Shown piece after piece: positions 13,601-23,580 of a DNA stretch of 64,000 nt (the stretch's first letter is position 1; every line of letters starts with the position of its first letter). Location: NCBI RefSeq assembly GCF_001194135.2, contig NC_069003.1, positions 17,443,937-17,507,936 on the forward strand, written 5' to 3'. The stretch is from Octopus bimaculoides (taxonomy: Eukaryota). A program made the position numbers and the translations under genes. Below the pieces are notes generated by a model. It searched no databases. It was not told where the DNA came from and worked only from the letters and a program-made list of their open reading frames with translations.

Positions 13601-16600
13601 GTCTTGTAGGTAACTGGTGAGCTCACCAGTGCTGGAGCCATGTTAAAAGTAGACACTGTGAAGTGGTTGGTGATAGAAAGGGCATCCAGCTTTAGAAACC
13701 ATGCCAAAGCAGACAGAACTTGGTGTAACCCTCTGAATTGTCTACTTATGTTGAACCATCCAACCCATGCCAGTATGAAAAAAATAAACATTAAATATAA
13801 TGATGATGATATCTAACTCAAATATTCTACTGTTTTATGTTCAAACTGGCCAGATCCAGCCTCTCACATCTAGCCTACAATGTCTTTCTAAAAATTAGTC
13901 ACATCATTGAAATCTAGAAGCAATGAAAATATATGATTGTTAGTAAATAAGCAATCTGAATGCTAAAGGGTTACGAAAGAAACTAGCAACCCTAATTGTG
14001 GTGGTCACCACCTCAAGTGAATGTGTAATATACCCTGACTATCTATGATAATCGCATCTTGGTTTATTTAAGGAATACTGACCTGTTACAGACAGAAAGG
14101 TTCCAACATCAGCATTTCTGGGAAGACATGTTCTGGTCAGCTCTGGACAGACAGGAAGTCTTGCAAGACGAGCATGGATGTTTTTCTTCACAGCCTGTAA
14201 TATGTAAAGATGAATAAAGTAATAATATACATCCTCTTCAACTTTTATCTTTTAATCATCAGACTATGGCAATGCTGGGGCACAATGCTGAAGTATTTTT
14301 ACTTGAATGCATTCACTCTAGTACTAATTTTTTTAAAGCGTAGTACTCATTCTATTGGTCTCTTTTACTGAAGTTACAGGTGTGTAAACATATCTGCACT
14401 GGTTATCAAGCAGTGGTGGTGGAACAAAGACACACACACATTTATATATACATAGGTATAAGTTAGGATTGTTTAAACATTCAAGGGATAGGCTAGAAGT
14501 GTTTAATCAACCAGGGGATAATTAAATCCGAAGGCACTCCTGGAGATTGCTTGTGTGGGTATCGTTTTTTTTAGAAGGTATCCAGAGGCAGGTAATTTAT
14601 CGTGTAAACTGCAGTTTATAAGTATAATCATGTAGAGAATGGAGAAACAAACACAGAAAGAAGCAGGTCGATTGCGCTAGTTAGCCATTAATTTAATCAA
14701 TTATGTGGAGATTATGTAATGTTACATTTACGATCCTTTCGATTTGCCAATTTGATTGGCAGATCTCTTCAGAATGTTGAGAAGTTTGTTTAAGTGCATG
14801 GTGTGAGAGATGCAGGAATAGAAGATAGGGGATATACTAATGTAAAGGATGCATATAGTGGTATGAGAATAGAGGTAAGGTATAGTGAGTCTTACATTTT
14901 AGTCGAAATCAGGGTTAGTAATATTTCTGCAAAGGAGATGTAGGGCTATACTAGCAGTATAACCCGATGTTGTCCGGGTGTTTTTTATAACGCCATCTAC
15001 GACAAGTCTTGCTAGGTGAAAATCAACTAAAAAAGAAAGCCTTACAACAAAAAAACCCTAATGATATAAATATGTTCATAATTCAAAAAAACGATGAAAT
15101 TAATAGGGAAAGTCTGAAGGATGTTTTGCGTAACATTATTAAGCGTACGTAAATTTCATCCGTCTAATTGGCTACAGAAATGCTTGTGCAAAACAACTTT
15201 TTGTGCTGCCTTGATTATACATAGCAGGATAATTCCTTTTCGCAGGAGCTAGGACGGCAATTTCTGATGAAGCAATTGCTGGCGATCTGTTGCTACACAG
15301 TTCTGCCAGAATTCTATCAGATTGGGCAGTAGATGTTGATGCACCATTTTGCATTATGTTCAAAATAGCTTCTGGAATGTGGTGAATTGCTGCAGTCTGT
15401 TGCTGTCTTTTTAAACCGGTTGCTTTCTTTCCCCAGCAAGCTCTCTTGTTTGGAGGCATAATCTATGTACATATTAAACAGAACAACAAAAGTTATAACA
15501 GATGGCAGGGTTCGTAGTTTTCACATTTCGGTAATTTTTCAGATTAACACCCGCACGATTACGTAACCGTAACCCTAAAACCATAACCGTAACACTAACC
15601 CTCATCGTAACCCTAACCCTAACCTTGACCCAAAAACCGTAACCCTAACACCCTAGTGAAAATCGTGCGGGTGTTAATCTGAAAAATTACCCACATTTCT
15701 AATGAAGTTCACTGATTTGCAATGTGTTGTCTATAAGCTCCGTTGTTTGTATATTTACAAAACATTGACGAACATGAGTTATCTTGTAGTGAATGCTTGT
15801 GTGTACGTGCGCGTGTATGCGTTTGAGAGAGCGAGAGAAAGAAAAGGGGAGAAAGGAATAGAGAACGGGAGCAATGAAGAAAGAGGAAGGGAGAACGGAA
15901 GACAGTTATAAAATAGCAATGCGTGCGCATGTTTATATAAGTAACACACAGAAACTAAATCTTATATCTATAATGTTGATGTGTGTATGTGTTTATGTGT
16001 ATGTTGTTGTCACAGATCACGTATGTGCGGTTGTGTGTGTTTTTACGTTTCTATGTTATGAAAAATATGTTAGAGGTAGAGGGATACAAGAAAACTATTA
16101 AATGGGAGAGAGGAAGAAGAACGAAGTAAGAGTGAAAAGGTAGAAGGAAAGAATAGTCTATGACTTTGTATGTATCACTTTCTCTCTCTCTCTCTCCTTC
16201 CCTCTTTTACTCTTACTCTGTATATTATATGTTGAGCGCGTGATCGATGTGTAAGAACGCCAATACAGGTAGAAGGGAAGAACTATAAAAGTTGCTAGAA
16301 ACAACAGCCAAATCTNNNNNNNNNNNNNNNNNNNNNNNNNNNNNNNNNNNNNNNNNNNNNNNNNNNNNNNNNNNNNNNNNNNNNNNNNNNNNNNNNNNNN
16401 NNNNNNNNNNNNNNNTGATCTAACAGCTTGATGCCTCTGTAATTATTTGTATATATATATATATACATATATATATATTATACATACCTACATGTATCAT
16501 TATTTAACATTCATTTTGCCATATTTGCAAGGATCAGACAGAATTAGTTGAGGCAGATTTTCTAGTCAGATGTCCTTTCTGTCCCTAATCCAGGTACGGT

Positions 16601-18530
16601 AATATTTCCCCATGGCCAGATATGTTTTTCACAGAAAACTAGAAGTGAACGACATTATTTATTTGACAGTGATGCTCATTTACAACCAACATATGATTTC
16701 AACACAGCACATGGGCATCAACATCATCATTAAATGTCTTTTTCCGTACTGGCATGAGTTTGACAGGACCCAGCAAGCCACAGCGTCAGCTTTGGCACAG
16801 TTTCTACAGCTGAACACTCTTCCTAATGCCATATATATAAATACATCTCATTCCAGGGTGAAAAACTAGAGGTAGTCGATAGCTTCCGCTATCTGGGCGA
16901 CCAAGTTAGTAGTGGGGGTGGGTGCGCTGAAAGTGTAGCTGCTAGAATAAGAATAGCCTGGGCAAAGTTTAGAGAGCTCTTACCCCTGCTGGCGACAAAG
17001 GGACTCTCACTCAGAGTAAAAGGCAGACTGTATGATGCATGCGTACGAACAGCCATGCTACATGGCAGTGAAACATGGGCTGTAACTGCTGAGGACATAC
17101 GTAAGCTCGCAAGGAATGAAGCCAGTATGCTCCGTTGGATGTGTAATGTCAATGTGAATACCGTCAGAGTGTAAGTATCTTGAGAGANNNNNNNNNNNNN
17201 NNNNNNNNNNNNNNNNNNNNNNNNNNNNNNNNNNNNNNNNNNNNNNNNNNNNNNNNNNNNNNNNNNNNNNNNNNNNNNNNNNNNNNNNNNNNNNNNNNNN
17301 NNNNNNNNNNNNNNNNNNNNNNNNNNNNNNNNNNNNNNNNNNNNNNNNNNNNNNNNNNNNNNNNNNNNNNNNNNNNNNNNNNNNNNNNNNNNNNNNNNNN
17401 NNNNNNNNNNNNNNNNNNNNNNNNNNNNNNNNNNNNNNNNNNNNNNNNNNNNNNNNNNNNNNNNNNNNNNNNNNNNNNNNNNNNNNNNNNNNNNNNNNNN
17501 NNNNNNNNNNNNNNNNNNNNNNNNNNNNNNNNNNNNNNNNNNNNNNNNNNNNNNNNNNNNNACCATTTCGAGCGTGGCCGTTTTCGTGCGGGTGACACGT
17601 AAAAGCACCCACTACACTCTCTGAGTGGTTGGCGTTAGGAAGGGCATCCAGCTGTAGAAACTCTGCCAAATTAGATTGGAGCCTGGTGTTGCCATCCGGT
17701 TTCACCAGTCCTCAGTCAAATTGTCCAACCCATGCTAGCATGGAAAGCGGACGTTAAACGATGATGATGATGATACATGAAGGGATTTTTTTCAGTTTTT
17801 ATGCATCAAATTCGCTCACAAGGCTTTGGTTGGCCAGGGGCTATAGAAGAAGAAACTTGCTAAAGCTACCATGCAGTGGGACCGAACCCAAAACCACATG
17901 CTTGCAAAGTGAACTTCTTGACAACATAGCCAATTTAAACCAGTTTCTTTTTCCATATGCTGACATAGGCTGAACAGATAATTATTTTCGGCAGTAGTTT
18001 TTAAAGTCAACCCATCCCCGTTTTACAAGAAATGGAAGGTTTTATTCCACTACTTCAAGAGTGTGGTGCTATGGAATGTAATATCCACCAGGAATATAAA
18101 AACAATGACACTAGTTTTCTGGTTCAGATGATCTCAGGCAAGACACAGAAAGGACAATTTTCACACACACACACACACAAATACATCATTACTTTTTTAC
18201 TTGTCCTTTTTCCATGCTGGTCGAGCTGGACAGGTCATCACAGTTCGTGTTGACTCCCATTGGGAGCTTTTCCTACCAAAGACTAGGTTCTTGTGTGCAA
18301 TTCAGCTTGGTTGCCATGGTTAGATGCCCTTCTTGATGCCAACAGTGTAATCAGTAGGGAGTAAAGATATGTGCTTTGTACACAGTGAATGTAAATTTGG
18401 AAAGGGAATAATGATACAAAGATAATAAATGGTTGTTATTAGAAAGGTGGGGATATGAAAGTAAAGTAGGAATGGAGAATACTCAAAAAATTAGGGGTGG
18501 GGTATATTTGCATAGGTAACTGAGGAGGGG

Positions 18531-18570
<40 letters not shown>

Positions 18571-21500
18571 AAGAAATAATAATGACATCAGAACAGACCA
18601 GAATGGATGGGAGGAACACATGTACACAACATGCTTTCATTCAGTTTTGATCTTACAAATTTCATTTGCAAGGCATTGGTCAGCCTAAGGCAATAATAAA
18701 AGACACTTACCTAAAGTGTCATTATACTTTAGAAATTGCAGGCATACACTGGGATGGTCATAGCTGGAATACCTTTAATCACAGGTTTGTTAGAAACAAC
18801 AACAGTAACACTGTAAATGTGGTTACCACCACTAATTAACTTACCATCCGTTTATGAGCAGAGTGAGTTGAGATCAGAGTTTCCTGGGCATTAATTAAGG
18901 CCTCGTCAAACACTTGTAACAGCTGAACTGGTTTATAAAGGAGGACCTCACAGATAGCGATGTCTGTTTCAAATAGTGTCAAAGTGCTGTAAAGAAAGAG
19001 ATCTGTTTATATATATGTATAATTTAAATAGAGAATATAAACATAGTGCAGAGAAGTTATCCTCGATTGGGGATATTCTTCATTTCTATATATTCTTACA
19101 TCTATCTATCCGATGATAGAATACTTAGCATATATAATCCTTACTCATGCTTGGCAATTCTAGAAACAGCCATAAGAGTCTTTATCATTTTTATCATAAC
19201 TACTCTGCACTATGGTTTATATTCTCTATTTAAATCAAATGTTTTTTTGGGTGATGCCAAATGTTTTGATTTATCATAGCCTTGACAATATTTATGACCA
19301 TACCCAACTATAAACTATCAACTCACTCTGTCTATCCATTCTAAACAGACACTGCCCTCTAGCCTTAGATTTGGTAGTTGATAAAAAAAGACTAATTAAA
19401 TTAAAAGTGAACCACAATCATTTACAAGTTATGATCCTAACAAACTCCATGCAGTTCTTAGAAGTGTAATATATTCTGAGTCACAGCAGCAACATGGACT
19501 TTCTCCCTCTTCTTGCTCTATTAGAGAATTTGAGTAAAATTATATTAATGTGTCCAATTGATTAAAAAATTCTATTTATTTATGCAGCTGAAGATAGCCC
19601 TGCATTTAAATTGATGTAATGATTGCATTGTTCAATAAAATGGAGGAGCTTGAAACGGTTGTAGTGCATTGCCTCTTGATATCCTGTTGCTTATCTTTAT
19701 TTTATTCACCTCACCTTGAGTTGTATGGATAATACCACACTAAATTGGTGCTTCAACTTAAGTACCTAATTCAACTGAATCTCAATTATTTCTTTAGAAT
19801 AAGATGGAGGAAACTCAGAGAGCTATTACTTCTGTTGGCTACAAAAGGTTTCTCTCTCTGAGTGAAAGGAAGATTGTATGATTCTTGTATACAGACAGCA
19901 ATTCTAAATGGTAGTGATATATGGGTAGTGAATGCAGAGGATATGCAAAGACTAGAAAGGAATGAGGCTAGTATGCTCCACTGGATGTGTAATGTAAGTG
20001 CACATGTTCAACAGAGTGCTAGTGTTTTGAGAGAGAAGTTAGGTCATCATCATCATCATCATCGTTTAACGTCCGCTTTCCATGCTAGCATGGGTTGGAC
20101 GATTTGACTGAGGACTGGTGAAACCGGATGGCAACACCAGGCTCCAGTCTGATTTGGCAGAGTTTCTACAGCTGGATGCCCTTCCTAACGCCAACCACTC
20201 AGAGAGTGTAGTGGGTGCTTTTACGTGTCACCCGCACGAAAACGGCCACGCTCGAAATGGTGTCTTTTATGTGCCNNNNNNNNNNNNNNNNNNNNNNNNN
20301 NNNNNNNNNNNNNNNNNNNNNNNNNNNNNNNNNNNNNNNNNNNNNNNNNNNNNNNNNNNNNNNNNNNNNNNNNNNNNNNNNNNNNNNNNNNNNNNNNNNN
20401 NNNNNNNNNNNNNNNNNNNNNNNNNNNNNNNNNNNNNNNNNNNNNNNNNNNNNNNNNNNNNNNNNNNNNNNNNNNNNNNNNNNNNNNNNNNNNNNNNNNN
20501 NNNNNNNNNNNNNNNNNNNNNNNNNNNNNNNNNNNNNNNNNNNNNNNNNNNNNNNNNNNNNNNNNNNNNNNNNNNNNNNNNNNNNNNNNNNNNNNNNNNN
20601 NNNNNNNNNNNNNNNNNNNNNNNNNNNNNNNNNNNNNNNNNNNNNNNNNNNNNNNNNNNNNNNNNNNNNNNNNNNNNNNNNNNNNNNNNNNNNNNNNNNN
20701 NNNNNNNNNNNNNNNNNNNNNNNNNNNNNNNNNNNNNNNNNNNNNNNNNNNNNNNNNNNNNNNNNNNNNNNNNNNNNNNNNNNNNNNNNNNNNNNNNNNN
20801 NNNNNNNNNNNNNNNNNNNNNNNNNNNNNNNNNNNNNNNNNNNNNNNNNNNNNNNNNNNNNNNNNNNNNNNNNNNNNNNNNNNNNNNNNNNNNNNNNNNN
20901 NNNNNNNNNNNNNNNNNNNNNNNNNNNNNNNNNNNNNNNNNNNNNNNNNNNNNNNNNNNNNNNNNNNNNNNNNNNNNNNNNNNNNNNNNNNNNNNNNNNN
21001 NNNNNNNNNNNNNNNNNNNNNNNNNNNNNNNNNNNNNNNNNNNNNNNNNNNNNNNNNNNNGGTCGCCCAGATAGCGGAAGCTATCGACTACCTCTAGTTT
21101 TTCACCCTGGAATGAGATAGAAGTTGTTTCCTGTTTGTTTGCAGTCTTTATTGCACCTGAACATCTGCCACAAACAAAAACTAACTTGCTAGTTAACCTG
21201 CCTTTGATGTTGCTGCACCTCTTATGTGTCCATAGCTTGCACCGGGTACATCTTATAGAGTTACTACCTACTCCTTTTCTACATACTGAGCAGGGCCATC
21301 TACCTGAAGGGGTTTGTGTTTTATCTACCTTCCTACTTATTAGGATTTTGGTTTTAGCTAGGTATAAGAGGAATTTGGTGCTGTGTGGAAGAGAGAAGAC
21401 TGCACTAGTTTGGTCATGTGATGCAGATGGATGCCAACAGCTCTATAAAGAAGTGCCGTTCTATCAAAGTAGAAGGAACACATGGAAGTGGGAGACCCAG

Positions 21501-23511
21501 GAAGACATGGGATGAAATACTAAAGAGTGACCTCAGAACGCTGTATCTTTCAGGCAAGATAACAAAGGATCGAGATGTCTGGCATCTTGCTGTACTCAAG
21601 AATACCCATATTCTGCAGAAGTGTTAAGACTAGTCCCTCTGGTAGTGAAAAGCACTCGTGATGGTACCACATAAAAGCACCCATGTGGTGCCACATAATA
21701 CCTAGCACACTCTTGGAGTGGTTGGTGTTAGGAAGGGCATCCAGCTGTAGAAACCAGGCCAAAGCAGACTGGAGTCTGGTGCAGCTCCCCAGCTCTGGTC
21801 AAACCATTCAAACCATGCCAGCATGGATGATGATGAGATACAGTAATCCTTCACCATATTATGGTTCACTTATTGCTGTTTATTATTTAAGGTTACATTA
21901 ATTCCTCTGTGGTGTTGTTTTGCATTTATAATAAAATAAATACATACAAATTATAAAAATAATAAAAAAATATACAGTACAGTATTGTTTCTGCTTTGCG
22001 GATTTTCATCTATTGCAGAGGGTTTTGGAACATAACACCTGCAATTACTGTATAATATATAATTAGAAGAGAAAAAGGGATTAAATTATACATATATATA
22101 TATATATATATACGAGCTTAAAAGCCACACTCTGTGCAGACTTTTAAGCTGGTTCCTGCAGAGGCTTAATTGGGCATGCAGGCCAAAACTAAAGAGAGCT
22201 AAACAGCACGACTACATGTCTATAATGACTAAATGCCCTGGTGGTGTTTGACCAGTGGTTAAGGACGAATGAGAGTTAATTCTGGAATGCAATCATTCTA
22301 TTGTTCCAGTCCCATGTGGAAGTCCAACTGTTGGCCAATTTGTCCCAAAGTTCTTATCTCAACATAAAATTAACGAAGCAAATGTCATTTATCTACCCCT
22401 TGATCTCTGATAACATCTGACAAATGCCAACCAAGATGGCATGAATCAGCCAAGCTTTACCTGCTAGAAATAGCAACCCAAAAGCTTTTAAATCAGATCC
22501 CAATGCTGGATGTTCAAGAACCAAATGAAGGTCATATTTTCAATCCCGGGATCATCTTGATTCCAAAAAGGTGTAATATGTCTATGTAGAGCAAATGTAC
22601 ACCGAGATACAGGGTCCCAGATGGACAGACAATTTCACTTTTATTATTATTTACACACACACAGACTTAGTGACTCCATATCTTTTACGACATACATTAT
22701 ACAATCTCTTAGTGACTAAAAGTCCTCCACCATCATACAACTAATACACATCATTCATTCTCTTAGAGGTTATATGTCCTCTACTATCACTGCCATACAT
22801 CAGACTTGTCACTAACTCATACATGAAGCCACATGGTAATGTCTGAAGATTCATCATTTTGGTGGGGAAAGATACAACAGTGGTTTCTTGTTACTGTTTA
22901 TTGGTTTATTTACAGTTCATTTGAGTCTAAATCATTTGAAACACAAGCCTGGGACTGTACCAAGTGGCTGTGTTCCATCACTTTGTAGTCGCTATAATGA
23001 CTACATATCAACTAAATTCTCCAACAATTAACTACTGCAATATAACATCACATATTTTTATGTCAGTACTGTCTCAAGTCCTAGGCCTCATCGGGCCAGT
23101 TACCCAGTTTCCATGGTGTATAAGCATCCAAGATCACAACATTCCTTTGGATGGGATATTAGTCTGTTGCAGGGTTACTCATTTGCAACTGGATTTATTG
23201 GAGTAATGTGGAGTGAAGCATTTTTACTCAAGAACAAAGTACACTACCCAGTTTGGAAACTGAAACTATGATATTGTATGCAACAACCTAACCATTAGGC
23301 CACATGTCTTCACATTCTTGACACATATTACAGACACAATGCACAAATGAAGATCATCAGTAGTATTTTAAACAATTTCTATGAAATTCAGTATACAATT
23401 GTCAGATTTTAACATTTCATTATGTAGCTTTTTGCTTGTCTAAATCTACTATAACCCTAGACCAACCAATGCATTGTGAATACATTTGGCCAACAGAAAT
23501 TGTGTGAAAGC

Positions 23512-23580
<69 letters not shown>

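Noticed and set aside
20100-20135. CTGAGGA-ctggt-GAAA in the antisense RTE tail as a hammerhead
   Set aside because: No stem II, no NUH triplet or stem I, and most copies have GAA only.
16889-21120. Long ORFs in the track (16889-17608, 17058-17705, 20118-21120, 34695-35057)
   Set aside because: Artefacts of translation through N-gaps within RTE repeats.
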